Source: an uncultured virus (IMG/VR IMGVR_UViG_3300006141_000006)
Lineage: Duplodnaviria > Heunggongvirae > Uroviricota > Caudoviricetes
DNA: 64,000 nucleotides
Virus record (IMG/VR): IMGVR_UViG_3300006141_000006
Direction: 5' to 3' (one strand)
A program made the translations under genes and the position numbers. This document shows positions 8,959 to 18,941 of this stretch, in pieces. A model generated the notes under the pieces. It ran no database searches. It was not told the origin of the DNA and worked only from the letters and a program-made list of their open reading frames with translations. Position 1 is the first letter of the stretch; each line of letters begins with the position of its first letter.

Positions 8959-9981
8959 ATGAAAAGATTTCAGAATGTCGGCACCTTTGACGCCGGCGTA
9001 ATCACCAGCTCCGGCGGCGCTGCGCCCGGCGGGAACGCCATGACCATGGACGCGGCCGGAATTGCCTCCGGCATGGCGTTCCTCACCAGCGAGCTGGAGA
9101 AGCGGGACCCGCTGATCCGCAAGCCTCTGACCAGCGTCACCTATCCCCGTGACATCGTGGTCAAGTCCGGCGGGGGCTGGGTGGACTATGTCTCCGCCCA
9201 AGCGGTTGACTACGGTATCACCGGAGGCTCCGGCGGCAGTCCCCTTCAGGCCGGCGGCTCCAACGGCTTGCCCATCGTCCAGGCGAACCTGGAGAAGGGC
9301 CTGTACAAAGCCCACACCTTCGCTGCAGCCCTGCGGGTGATGTGGGTGGATATGCAGAAGGCCAATTACACCGGCCGCTCCCTGGACCAGCTGCTCCAGG
9401 AGGGAATGCGCACAGCCTACGACAAGCACATGGACCAGAATGTCTACACCGGCATGGAGAAGTACGGCTCTACAGGGCTTGTGAATAACCCCGATGTGAC
9501 CGAGACCTCTGTCACAGGCGGTACCTGGGCTACCAAGACCAAGGAGCAGATTCTGGCGGACATCAACAGCGCCCTCACAGCGGTCTGGGAGGCTGCGGAG
9601 TATGACGAGGACGCCATGCCCAACCACATCCTGCTGCCCTATGAGCAGTATACCTACATCATGAACACCATGGTCACGGATCTGGCTACGGAGACCATCC
9701 TGGACTACGTACTCAAGAACAACGTGGCCAACAAGAACGGCAAGAGCCTGTACATTGGGGCCGCCCGCTGGTGTAAGGGCGCGGGCACCGGAGGCACGGA
9801 CCGCATGGTGGTCTACGTCAACCATGAGCGGTTCCTCCAGGTGGAGGAGCTGGTTCCCCTGGCTCGGGTCATGAGCCAGCCTAACGCTACGGAGTTCTGC
9901 TACGACACGGCCTATGCGGCGAACCTCTCCGAAGTGGAGCTGTTCTATCCCCAGACCATGCAGTACTTTGACGGAATTTAA
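8959..9981 (+). CDS. Major capsid protein (DUF2184/HK97-fold type)
   Basis: 340 aa; TMDA N-terminal motif, GLVNNP; synteny. Confidence 0.85.
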   Translation: MKRFQNVGTFDAGVITSSGGAAPGGNAMTMDAAGIASGMAFLTSELEKRDPLIRKPLTSVTYPRDIVVKSGGGWVDYVSAQAVDYGITGGSGGSPLQAGGSNGLPIVQANLEKGLYKAHTFAAALRVMWVDMQKANYTGRSLDQLLQEGMRTAYDKHMDQNVYTGMEKYGSTGLVNNPDVTETSVTGGTWATKTKEQILADINSALTAVWEAAEYDEDAMPNHILLPYEQYTYIMNTMVTDLATETILDYVLKNNVANKNGKSLYIGAARWCKGAGTGGTDRMVVYVNHERFLQVEELVPLARVMSQPNATEFCYDTAYAANLSEVELFYPQTMQYFDGI

Positions 9982-9994
9982 GGAGGGTGCGGAA

Positions 9995-10276
9995 ATGTTT
10001 GTAGTATCCAGGAGAAACATCATCCTCCCCGGCCCCAATGGGGAGCGGTTCAAAATGCAGAAAGACTACATGGGGCCGGTCCCGGACTGGGCGAAGGATT
10101 CTGCCTATCTCAAGGCCCTGGAGGCGGACGGCAAAGTGATCCTCTCCGCCTCTGGCACGGACAAGGACTTCGGCAAGAAGGAGAAGAGCCCCAAGAAGAA
10201 GCCCCCCAAGGAGGAGACCGAGGAAGAGGAGCCTGCGCCGGACGGCCAGGAGGATCCGGATGATCTGGGCAAATAA
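9995..10276 (+). CDS. Hypothetical head-associated protein
   Basis: AAGGAGG RBS, after capsid. Confidence 0.7.
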   Translation: MFVVSRRNIILPGPNGERFKMQKDYMGPVPDWAKDSAYLKALEADGKVILSASGTDKDFGKKEKSPKKKPPKEETEEEEPAPDGQEDPDDLGK

Positions 10277-10748
10277 GCCGCAGTTCTTCGGTGTCCGGGC
10301 GGCAGCGTCCAACATCGGCCACAGCCGGAGAAAGTACACGGCAACTATGTTCCAGAAGGATTTCCCCCAGTTCTCCAAGGCGGACGGGACGGGCCTGGTG
10401 CCTCCCGCCATTCTGAAGGAGTTTATCCAGCAGGCCCGCGCCGTCATTCAGCCGGACAAATGGCTGGATGGCTGGCGGTATGCCTGTGGGCTCTATGTAG
10501 CTCACAATGCTGCACTGTACCTGCGGACATGGTCCGAGGGCAGCGACAGCCCAGCCCAGGCGGCCGCGTCGGGGGCACTGGTGGGAGTGGTCAAGTCCGC
10601 CCAACTGGGAGACAGCTCCGTTTCCTATGACACCAGTGCCCTGACCCAGGCCACTGGAGAATGGGGAGACCTGAATGCCACCCAGTACGGCCAGCTTCTG
10701 GCCACCAGGGCCCGCTTGGCTGGCATGGGAGGGACCTACGTCGTATGA
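10260..10748 (+). CDS. Head-tail adaptor (DUF4054-like)
   Basis: FQKDFPQF and TQYGQ motifs. Confidence 0.8.
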   Translation: MIWANKPQFFGVRAAASNIGHSRRKYTATMFQKDFPQFSKADGTGLVPPAILKEFIQQARAVIQPDKWLDGWRYACGLYVAHNAALYLRTWSEGSDSPAQAAASGALVGVVKSAQLGDSSVSYDTSALTQATGEWGDLNATQYGQLLATRARLAGMGGTYVV

Positions 10749-11152
10749 ACTACAACGACTGGTACACCGATCTGGTGGATATCTATCGAGTACAAAACCG
10801 CCGGGAGGGCGCACTGACCAAGCAGGATCGGGTCCAGGTGGCAGCGGGTGTGCCCTGCCGTGTCTATCGGAACAGCGTCCATGGTCCCCGAATGCAGCCC
10901 ACTGCCGCTAAGGTAGAGCAGGAGGACAAGCTGGCCTGCGCCAATGAGGTTGATATCCAGGCGGGGGATGAGCTCATCGTCCATCGGGGCGCGAGACTGG
11001 GGCAGTCCCGTCAGGAGATGAGAGCCTTTTCCGGGGAACCGGCCTATTTCTACGAGCCCTTCGGGGCGGTCCTCCCCGGTCTGGCCCATCAGGAGCTGGC
11101 TTTGCTTCAGGTCGAGTATCTGAGAGGAGAGGTGCAGGATGGCGCTAGGTGA
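10745..11152 (+). CDS. Head closure/stopper protein
   Basis: Synteny; IQAGDELIV and terminal HQE motif. Confidence 0.7.
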   Translation: MNYNDWYTDLVDIYRVQNRREGALTKQDRVQVAAGVPCRVYRNSVHGPRMQPTAAKVEQEDKLACANEVDIQAGDELIVHRGARLGQSRQEMRAFSGEPAYFYEPFGAVLPGLAHQELALLQVEYLRGEVQDGAR

Positions 11153-11651
11153 CGCCCTCAGGCAGCGGCTGGAAGAACTCCAGGCCCGAATCCCTGTAGT
11201 CCAGCAGATGTTTTATGACATTGCCCAGGGGGCTACTATGCGAGCAGTAGAAGAGGCCAAAGACCATACACCGCCTAACGGTGACGAGAAGGACCGGGGA
11301 ACAGGCATGATTACCGGCGAGCTGGCCCAACACTGGGCGAACGACAGCCAAGTGGCCCCGGTCGTCACTGGGGACGAGTATCATACAGCTCTGGCCAACA
11401 ACATCCAGTACGCTAGCTATGTCAATGATGGCCACCGCATGGACAAGCACTTTGTCCCGGGCTTGATTGTGAACCCCTATACCGGTCTGCTGGAACGAGT
11501 GGATCCTGGAATACCTGGCGCCGGACTGATGGTGGGTACCAAGACGGCCTATGTTCCCGGCCTGTATATGAAAGAAAAAGGCGTGGACAAGTACAAGGAG
11601 GTTGTAGAGTTCGAGCTGAACAAGCTGCCAAAGAAGGTGTTTGGGCCATGA
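11139..11651 (+). CDS. HK97 gp10-like neck protein
   Basis: NNIQYASYVNDGHR motif. Confidence 0.8.
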   Translation: MALGDALRQRLEELQARIPVVQQMFYDIAQGATMRAVEEAKDHTPPNGDEKDRGTGMITGELAQHWANDSQVAPVVTGDEYHTALANNIQYASYVNDGHRMDKHFVPGLIVNPYTGLLERVDPGIPGAGLMVGTKTAYVPGLYMKEKGVDKYKEVVEFELNKLPKKVFGP

Positions 11652-12100
11652 TATTCACAATACAGGCTATCTCTGGCTCTCTGGCCAGCTATCTGGCCCC
11701 GGAGTTACCCGGTGTGACTTTCTATGACAACCCAAACCAGCAGGGGACCAAACCGCCGGCGGTGTTTCTACGGCGCACCAATGCCCGGATTGCCAAGAAG
11801 ATGGGTGATCGCTTCCTGCGCACCTTGGGGCTGGACCTGGTCTATCTGGAGGAGTTCAACCAGGTTGGCATGGAGGACCGCTACACCGCTGCCGCTGATA
11901 TTTTGGACCAGATGCTGGAGACCTTCCCTTACACGAGTGAGGAGGGCGCAGAAACTGCCCTCTTGCGGACCTACGAGCGCAAATGGGACATCATTGATGG
12001 CGACCTGCATTATAAATTCAACCTGAAAGTCTGGGTAAGCCGTGAGGAGGATGCGGTCCTCATGCGCTCGATCCAGAGCTACCAAGAGGAGGTATCGTAA
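11648..12100 (+). CDS. Tail terminator-like protein
   Basis: Position before sheath; QQG.KPPA and DGDLHYKF motifs. Confidence 0.7.
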   Translation: MIFTIQAISGSLASYLAPELPGVTFYDNPNQQGTKPPAVFLRRTNARIAKKMGDRFLRTLGLDLVYLEEFNQVGMEDRYTAAADILDQMLETFPYTSEEGAETALLRTYERKWDIIDGDLHYKFNLKVWVSREEDAVLMRSIQSYQEEVS

Positions 12101-12283
12101 ATGCCCAAGACCGCTGAAGAGAAAGAGGCGGAGCTCCGGTATCCAACCGCCGCTCTGTTGAACAGCAAGGAGCTGGCCGGATACCAGCAGGACTTTGCCA
12201 AGGTCCTGCTGACCAAACCGGACTATACCCTCCAGGAGGCCAAGGATACCCTGGAGAAGTTTTTCAAAGGAGGGAAAATCTGA
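12101..12283 (+). CDS. Small pre-sheath protein
   Basis: GAGG RBS, 60 aa, coupled to sheath start. Confidence 0.7.
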   Translation: MPKTAEEKEAELRYPTAALLNSKELAGYQQDFAKVLLTKPDYTLQEAKDTLEKFFKGGKI

Positions 12284-13632
12284 TGGCCGGAGGCACATGG
12301 ACCGCTCAAAACAAGGTGCGGCCTGGTATCTATATCAATTTTAAAACTGGTACGACTCCCGTGGCCGCCCCAGGCACCCGGGGGACCGTGGCCATTGCCA
12401 AGGCTCTGTCCTGGGGGCCGGTGGGCCAGGTAATGACCATCAACGCGGGGGACAATCTGACGCCCTTTGTGGGCTACGCCATTACAGAGCCCCAGGCGCT
12501 GTTCCTGCGGGAGATGTTCAAGGGGACCAACACTACCGGCGGCCCAACCAAGGTGCTGTTGTACCGCCTGACGGCGGACGGCGCAACCTCCGCAGAGGCT
12601 TCCATCGGTACAGAGGGCGCTGTCACGGTTACTGCTCGGTACCCTGGCGCCCGGGGAAACGACATCTCCGTGGTGGTTACCGATTCGGTGGATGACCCCG
12701 GCAATTTCACGGTGTCCACCGTGGTGAACGGCCAGATTGTGGACGAGCAGCAGGCGCAGACGGCAGCCCAGCTCCAGCCTAACGGCTGGGTCTCGTTCAG
12801 CGGTAACGGTCCCATCACCGCCACAGCGGGGGTCAGCCTTACTGGAGGAGCGGACGGCACGGTGCAGGCTTCCGCCTATGCCACCGCCCTGGAAGCTCTG
12901 GAGCCCTACTACTTCGATATCCTGGCCTACGACGGCGTAGAGACCACCGTTCTGGCAGCCATGACCGCCTTTGTCAAGCGAATGGCGGAGCAGGCCGGCC
13001 GGTATACCCAGCTGGTGGCCGCCGGCGCCAGCGGAGCGGACAGCCGCTTTGTTATCAACAACAAATGCGGTGTGGTCCTCACCGATGGCGCCCAGCTTAC
13101 CCCGCAGCAGGTGATCTGGTGGCTGGCGGGGGCCGAGGCTGGAGCCCAGTACTACCAGCCTCTGTCCTACTCCGTCTATCCCGGCGCCGCGGCGGTGACG
13201 CCCAAGCTGACGGACAGTGAGATTTCGGCGGCTATTCTGGCCGGAGATGTTGTCCTCAGCGAGGAGTTTGGCCAGGTCCGCATTGAGACGGATGTCAACA
13301 CCCTGACTACCTACACCCAGGATATCGGCGAGGTCTTCCACAAAAACCGGACCATGCGGGTGTGCAACTCCCTGGCCAATGACCTGTACCGGGAATTCTC
13401 CCAGAACTTCCTGGGCCACGTCAACAACGATGAGGCTGGGCGGAGCAGCTTCAAGGCCACCATCCTGGACTATTTGCGTACCATGTACAACCGGGGCGCC
13501 CTCCGGGACCGCCCCACCAGCGACGATGTGACAGTGGAGCAGGGGAACAGCCTGGACAGTATTGTCATCACCATCGCCATCCGTATCGCGGACTCTGTAG
13601 AGAAGGTCTATATGACCATCTCCGTGTCCTGA
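12283..13632 (+). CDS. Contractile tail sheath protein (XkdK-like)
   Basis: MAGGTW..QNKVRPG.Y N-terminus; ARYPGARGN; LTGGADG. Confidence 0.92.
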   Translation: MAGGTWTAQNKVRPGIYINFKTGTTPVAAPGTRGTVAIAKALSWGPVGQVMTINAGDNLTPFVGYAITEPQALFLREMFKGTNTTGGPTKVLLYRLTADGATSAEASIGTEGAVTVTARYPGARGNDISVVVTDSVDDPGNFTVSTVVNGQIVDEQQAQTAAQLQPNGWVSFSGNGPITATAGVSLTGGADGTVQASAYATALEALEPYYFDILAYDGVETTVLAAMTAFVKRMAEQAGRYTQLVAAGASGADSRFVINNKCGVVLTDGAQLTPQQVIWWLAGAEAGAQYYQPLSYSVYPGAAAVTPKLTDSEISAAILAGDVVLSEEFGQVRIETDVNTLTTYTQDIGEVFHKNRTMRVCNSLANDLYREFSQNFLGHVNNDEAGRSSFKATILDYLRTMYNRGALRDRPTSDDVTVEQGNSLDSIVITIAIRIADSVEKVYMTISVS

Positions 13633-13646
13633 AGGAGGGATAAGCT

Positions 13647-14120
13647 ATGAGTTTTCTGTTGGAGCGCGATACCCTAAACGGCGCTTCGGGCAAGGCCTTC
13701 GTCACCATTGACGGCCAGGTCAAGGAGCTGTTTGGGGCTAAGAAGGTCCAGACCCAGGCGGAGATTGCCTCCACCGACATGAAGGTCATCGGCACCAAGA
13801 AGGTGCAGAAGAAGCCGGGGGCGGTCACCCAGACGGGCACCATGACCATCTACTACGGTACGCCCCTGTTCCTGGATATGGTGGCCCAGTATATCCGCAC
13901 CGGGGTCATGCCCTATTTCACCCTCCAGACCACTAACGACGACCCCACCACCACCGTGGGGACGCAGACGGTTGCCTACTACAACTGCAAGCTGTCCGGA
14001 ACCATCCCCCTGTCCATTCTGGACGCCGATGTGGATATGCTGACTATGGATATCAGCTTCACCTACGAGGACTTTGAGCCTCTGTCCGCTTTCCACGATC
14101 CCGCCGAGACAGGGACCTGA
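13647..14120 (+). CDS. Tail tube protein (XkdM-like)
   Basis: After sheath; NDDP..TVG.Q and FTYEDF motifs. Confidence 0.9.
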   Translation: MSFLLERDTLNGASGKAFVTIDGQVKELFGAKKVQTQAEIASTDMKVIGTKKVQKKPGAVTQTGTMTIYYGTPLFLDMVAQYIRTGVMPYFTLQTTNDDPTTTVGTQTVAYYNCKLSGTIPLSILDADVDMLTMDISFTYEDFEPLSAFHDPAETGT

Positions 14121-14132
14121 AAGGAGTACTAA

Positions 14133-14537
14133 ATGAGTAATTTGAACGTGTTTTTGAACCCTGCCCAGGTGGAAAATGAGACGGTGGTCGTCTCCAAACG
14201 TTTCTTGGATGAGCAGGGCACGCCGGTTCCCTTTGTCATCCGCCCCATTACCCAGAGGGAGAATGACCTCCTGGTCCGACAGTCTACCCGAACGGTCAAG
14301 GTTAACGGCCAGCCGGTGGAGAAACTTGACAACGTGGAGTACAGCCGCCGGGTAGTGGTGGCCGCCACTGTCATCCCGGACTTCACCAGCGAGGAGCTGT
14401 GCCGGGCCTACGGTACCATGGATCCCTTAGAGGTCCCTGGAAAAATGCTGCTGGTGGGGGAGTACAACAAGCTGTCCGCCGCCATCATGGCTCTGTCCGG
14501 GCTTGAGGACGACCTGGAGGAGCAGGCAAAAAACTGA
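14133..14537 (+). CDS. Tail assembly chaperone (XkdN-like)
   Basis: Between tube and TMP; ends EQAKN at a slippery site. Confidence 0.85.
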   Translation: MSNLNVFLNPAQVENETVVVSKRFLDEQGTPVPFVIRPITQRENDLLVRQSTRTVKVNGQPVEKLDNVEYSRRVVVAATVIPDFTSEELCRAYGTMDPLEVPGKMLLVGEYNKLSAAIMALSGLEDDLEEQAKN

Positions 14538-14701
14538 TGGCCCGGGGAGACCCGGACACGCTGCTGGCCTACTACATGTTCGTCAATCATGGGTGGGCTC
14601 CCGGCAGGGTTGCGGAGCTTTCCCCGGGCGAAAAGGTGCTGACAACTCTGTTCGCCCTGAAGGAGATCAAATCGAGACCCAAGCCGAAAGGAGGCGGTTA
14701 A
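14528..14701 (+). other. Programmed -1 frameshift site A AAA AAC (14528-14534) and downstream -1 frame ORF (chaperone G/GT extension)
   Basis: GCA AAA AAC TGA; the -1 frame is open (KKLMARGDPDTLLAYYMF...) to TAA at 14699-14701, abutting the TMP start. Confidence 0.8.
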
Positions 14702-16720
14702 ATGGCAACGACACGGGAGGAGCTTGTCCTGGTTGACCGGTTTTCCGCCACCTTTGGTCAGTTCCTGAGTCTGCTGGCCCGTGCCGCTGGGGCGGGAAAG
14801 GCTGCGGCGGCCAGCCAGAAGCAGTTTGAGGGGGCCGCCCGCATGGCGGGAACATCCCTTGACCAGATGGCCGGAGCGGCCGCAGAGGCCGCCACAGCGC
14901 AGGAACGGCTGGATTCTGCGGTGGACCGGTCAGCGTCTTCTGCCAATAAGTTGGGAGACGCCGCAGTCAAGGCGTCCAGGAATCAGGACAAGATGAACCG
15001 CAGTATGAACCAGGGCCAGAACTCTGCCGCCGGACTGGAGCGGCGGATGCTGGGGCTGGCCAAAGCCTATCTCAGTCTGCGCACTGTCCAGGCCTTTGTG
15101 GGTCTGTCCGACACCATGACTCAGACCACCGCCCGGCTGGACCGGATGAATGACGGACTCCAGACCACCGCTCAGCTCCAGGATATGATTTACCAGGCCG
15201 CCCAGCGGTCCCGGGGGAATTATCAGGAGACGGTGGACATGGTAGGGAAACTGGGCACCATGGCCGGAGAGGCATTCTCCAGTAGTGCTGAGTTGGTGGC
15301 GTTTGCGGAACAGATCAACAAGCAGTTTAAGCTGGCAGGCACCAGTACCCAGGGAGCCCAGGCCGCTATGCTCCAGTTGACACAGGCCATGTCCTCCGGA
15401 GTGCTGCGGGGGGAGGAGCTGAACTCCGTGCTGGAGCAGGCCCCTACCATTGCCCAATCCATTGCCAAATATATGGGTGTCAGTGTCGGCCAGATGAGGG
15501 AGCTGGCGTCCGAGGGAAAGATTACATCCCAAGTGGTAAAGGCCGCCCTGTTTGCCGCGGCGGATGAAACAAATGCGGCCTTTGAGCGTATTCCTCTTAC
15601 GTTTGGGCAGGCTTGGACTATGGCAGGCAATGCCGCTGTCAACTCCTTCCGCCCGGCCCTGCAAAAGCTGAATGATCTGCTGAACAGTGAGCTGGGACAG
15701 AAGGCTGTCAACGGGCTGATAGCTGGTTTTGAATTGCTGGGCTCCGCCGCCGAGGGCGTCGTTGACCTGATGGCTGCGGGGGCGCAGCTGGTCGCGGACA
15801 ACTGGGACTTTGTTTCCACTGTCCTCACCTTTGCGGCGGGAGCCGTTCTGGCCTTCACCGCCCTGTCTGTGGCCTGTTCGCTACAGCGGGCGGCGGCCTG
15901 GGCCCTAGCCAACTGGCCTGTCTTGCTGTTTATTACGCTAATTGGTATGGTTATCACAGCCATGTACGCAATGGGGATGAGCAGCGAGGAGATTTTCGCC
16001 AAAGTCGCGGCGGGGGCCGGCTGGCTGTATACATTTAGCTACAACTTGGTAGCCGCTGGCTGGAACCTGATTGCCACCTTTGCTGAGTTTTTCGCCAACG
16101 TCTTTGACAATCCAGTTGCAGCTATTGCAAATTTGTTCTTGGGCCTATTCAACTTCATCATGGACGTGGTGAGCAACGCCGCTGGGGCTATCGACGCGCT
16201 GCTGGGCTCTAATCTGTCCGGTGCGGTGAAGGGCTTCCAGGGGAAGGTCAACCAATTTGTCACTGATATATTCGGGGAAAATCAGGTGAAGGTGGAGCGG
16301 ATGACCCAGATCAGCTATGCCGACACTATGGCTAAGTGGTCCCAGGCAGGAGCAGGAATGGGCCGCGCCCTGGATAATTTCAGCGTCAACGATATTCTGG
16401 GCGGCTTCTCCGGGACCGGCACTGACTTCTCTGCCATGCTGGACGCTTCTGGGATCCCCGGCAGCCTGGAAGCCATTGGCAAAGACACAGCGGCTATCAA
16501 GCGCAGCGTTTCCCTGTCCGAGGAGGACATGAAGCTCCTGGTGGACATGGCTGAGCGACAGTACATAAACAACATCCGCCTGACTGCGCAGACGCCCATT
16601 ATCACTGTCAATGGCCAGAACACTGGCGACACCGAGTTGGACCGGCAGCGCCTAGCGGATGCGCTCCAGGCCATTCTGCTGGAACAGGCCGCCAGTCATA
16701 CCGACCGGAGCTACAGCTGA
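14702..16720 (+). CDS. Tape measure protein (phage A)
   Basis: Ala-rich; QLTQAMSSGVLRGEELNSVLEQAP tape-measure motif; hydrophobic segments. Confidence 0.92.
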   Translation: MATTREELVLVDRFSATFGQFLSLLARAAGAGKAAAASQKQFEGAARMAGTSLDQMAGAAAEAATAQERLDSAVDRSASSANKLGDAAVKASRNQDKMNRSMNQGQNSAAGLERRMLGLAKAYLSLRTVQAFVGLSDTMTQTTARLDRMNDGLQTTAQLQDMIYQAAQRSRGNYQETVDMVGKLGTMAGEAFSSSAELVAFAEQINKQFKLAGTSTQGAQAAMLQLTQAMSSGVLRGEELNSVLEQAPTIAQSIAKYMGVSVGQMRELASEGKITSQVVKAALFAAADETNAAFERIPLTFGQAWTMAGNAAVNSFRPALQKLNDLLNSELGQKAVNGLIAGFELLGSAAEGVVDLMAAGAQLVADNWDFVSTVLTFAAGAVLAFTALSVACSLQRAAAWALANWPVLLFITLIGMVITAMYAMGMSSEEIFAKVAAGAGWLYTFSYNLVAAGWNLIATFAEFFANVFDNPVAAIANLFLGLFNFIMDVVSNAAGAIDALLGSNLSGAVKGFQGKVNQFVTDIFGENQVKVERMTQISYADTMAKWSQAGAGMGRALDNFSVNDILGGFSGTGTDFSAMLDASGIPGSLEAIGKDTAAIKRSVSLSEEDMKLLVDMAERQYINNIRLTAQTPIITVNGQNTGDTELDRQRLADALQAILLEQAASHTDRSYS

Positions 16721-16732
16721 GAGGAGGTCCAT

Positions 16733-17473
16733 ATGGAAAATAAGTATGGCCTGTATCTCTCTCGAGACGGAACCACGGTCCGCTTTCCGGTTAACCCTGA
16801 ATCTTACAAGATCACCAAGGACGGCGACAACAGTGAGTATAACGTCCTGGGCGTGGGGCCTATTATGGTGCCCCGCACCCCTAAGCTCCGAACGGTTTCC
16901 TGGTCCGGGCTTCTGCCCGGCCGGGAGGACTTGGGGGCGGTTCTCACCGCCAACGGATTTCAGCCGCCAAAATTCTATATTGACTTTCTCCAGAAGGCTA
17001 TGGATGAGAAGGCAGTGCTTCGCTTTGTGGCCAACCGGTACACAGAGGATGGCGCCGCCATCTTTGATACCAACATGGAGGTGCTGGTCACCTCCTTCCA
17101 TACGGAGGAGAGAGGCGGTGAGACCGGGGATTTCTACTACGACCTGGCTCTCAGCGAGTATCGGGACTATTCCGCCAAAACAGTCACGCTCCAGCAGCCG
17201 GAGCCTTCCCAGCCGGTGGTGGCTACTGCGGAACCCACCCGGTCCATCCCCAGCAGCCAGCTTACAGTGGGCCAGGAGGTCGTGGTCAACGGCAATTACT
17301 ACTATTCCAGCTGGGGTGCAGAGCCCCACGGAACCTTTTCCGGATTTCAGGGCAAAATATCCCGGATCGTCACCACCGATCCCAATCGGGCATATCCGTA
17401 CCACATTACAACCAAATCTGGAGGTGCCCGAGGCTGGGTAAAGGAGTCTCAAATTCAGGTGGTGGGTGTATGA
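16733..17473 (+). CDS. XkdP-like tail tube initiator with C-terminal SH3-like domain
   Basis: FPVNPE...GETGDFYY.L.L.EYR motif; C-terminus PYHI...GWV. Confidence 0.75.
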   Translation: MENKYGLYLSRDGTTVRFPVNPESYKITKDGDNSEYNVLGVGPIMVPRTPKLRTVSWSGLLPGREDLGAVLTANGFQPPKFYIDFLQKAMDEKAVLRFVANRYTEDGAAIFDTNMEVLVTSFHTEERGGETGDFYYDLALSEYRDYSAKTVTLQQPEPSQPVVATAEPTRSIPSSQLTVGQEVVVNGNYYYSSWGAEPHGTFSGFQGKISRIVTTDPNRAYPYHITTKSGGARGWVKESQIQVVGV

Positions 17474-18447
17474 CCTATGAATTGATCTTGCTGGAAAAGG
17501 GAACCGGGAAAAGCTGGGACATCGCTCCTCAGGTGCAGAAGGTGACCTACACCACCAACCGCACCGGTGCCCCCGGGACACTAAAATTTACTGTCAACGC
17601 TTCTGGCATCTCCTTTGTGGAGGGAGACTCCATCCGTTTCTCTGTAGACGGCCAGTTGGTCTTCCTGGGCTGGGTATTCACCAAATCCAGGGACCGGTAC
17701 TCTGTGATCGACGTCACCTGCTATGACCAGCTGCGTTACCTGAAGGCCAGCGCCAGCTACTGCTTTGTGGCCCGCACCGTCGGGCAGATCATCCAGGAGA
17801 TTGCCCAGGACTTTCAGCTTACCGTGGGGACGCTGGACGACACCGGCTATGCTATTCCCACGCTCATTATGGAGGAAAAGAGCTGCCTGGACATCATCTC
17901 CACCGCTATCCAGAAGACTCTGCTGGCCACCGGTAAGCTGTACACCTTCTTCGACGACGGCGGGTCTCTGTCCCTTCGTGAGGCGGGGGCCATGGTGGCC
18001 ACTGGGATGGTGGGTACCGGCTCCCTGCTGCTGGACTACACCTACAAGACGGACATCGACGAACAGACCTACAACTCTATCAAGCTAGTGCGCCCCAACG
18101 AGACCACCGGCCGGGGAGATGTTTTCCAGGCTATGGACAGCAGCAATGTAGCCAGATGGGGCCTGCTTCAGCTGTATGAGACGGTGGACGAGGCGCTCAA
18201 CGACGCCCAGGTGGCCGCTCAGGCAAAATCCATGCTGGAGTACCACAACCGCCGCTGGAGGACGCTGAAGGTGTCCGCGCTGGGCCTGGCCGGGCTTCGC
18301 GCCGGACAGATGCTGATGATGGATGTGCCCTACTTGGGGGACATCAACCTGAATCAGCTGGTCCTGTTGGAAAAGGTGACCCATACTTACCAGAGCGAAC
18401 TACACACAATGGACTTTGAGGTGCGTGAGCTGGGGGAGGTGACGTAG
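17470..18447 (+). CDS. Baseplate hub (XkdQ-like)
   Basis: YDQLRYLK and WGLLQ motifs; synteny. Confidence 0.85.
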   Translation: MTYELILLEKGTGKSWDIAPQVQKVTYTTNRTGAPGTLKFTVNASGISFVEGDSIRFSVDGQLVFLGWVFTKSRDRYSVIDVTCYDQLRYLKASASYCFVARTVGQIIQEIAQDFQLTVGTLDDTGYAIPTLIMEEKSCLDIISTAIQKTLLATGKLYTFFDDGGSLSLREAGAMVATGMVGTGSLLLDYTYKTDIDEQTYNSIKLVRPNETTGRGDVFQAMDSSNVARWGLLQLYETVDEALNDAQVAAQAKSMLEYHNRRWRTLKVSALGLAGLRAGQMLMMDVPYLGDINLNQLVLLEKVTHTYQSELHTMDFEVRELGEVT

Positions 18448-18941
18448 TGGACCTGATTGAAGTTTTGCAGCAGATCAACCAGAGCAGCATGGACGCCTAT
18501 GGCCTGTCCGACCTGGCTATCGGCACCGTCACAAAGGTGGACCCACTGGAGGTCACCCTTCGAGAGTCCATGGCCCCCCTGCCTCAGGAGGTGCTCCACC
18601 TCACGGCGGCGGTCATTGAGAAAAAAATCCCGGTCCTTGCCCACGAACACACTACCAGCGGCCTTCGTCACAATCACAGCGTCAGAATTACGGATAAAGA
18701 CTATGACACCAGCGACGGTTTGACCCCCGATGCTTACCTCACAGACCAACAACTTAAAGACATCGTTTGCTATGAGGATGGAAAGCCTTTGCCGGTAGAA
18801 AATGGCTGCATTATCCTGAACCGCGGACTTGCCGCCGGGGACAAGGTACTCCTGCTGCGCTGTATGCGGGGACAGCAATTTATCATTTTATCGCGCATTT
18901 TTGAAAGGGGGACCTCCAATGGCGACGCTTCCGCAGGCTGA
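18447..18941 (+). CDS. Baseplate spike-like protein (XkdR/DUF2577-like)
   Basis: GTVTKVDPL; L..GDKVLLLR..GQQF. Confidence 0.8.
   Translation: MDLIEVLQQINQSSMDAYGLSDLAIGTVTKVDPLEVTLRESMAPLPQEVLHLTAAVIEKKIPVLAHEHTTSGLRHNHSVRITDKDYDTSDGLTPDAYLTDQQLKDIVCYEDGKPLPVENGCIILNRGLAAGDKVLLLRCMRGQQFIILSRIFERGTSNGDASAG

Noticed and set aside
7549..10053. 834-aa minus-strand ORF and other long antisense ORFs (3859-5166, 12223-13419, 39768-40814)
   Set aside because: Shadow frames of GC-rich, well-supported plus-strand genes; no RBS or recognisable motifs.
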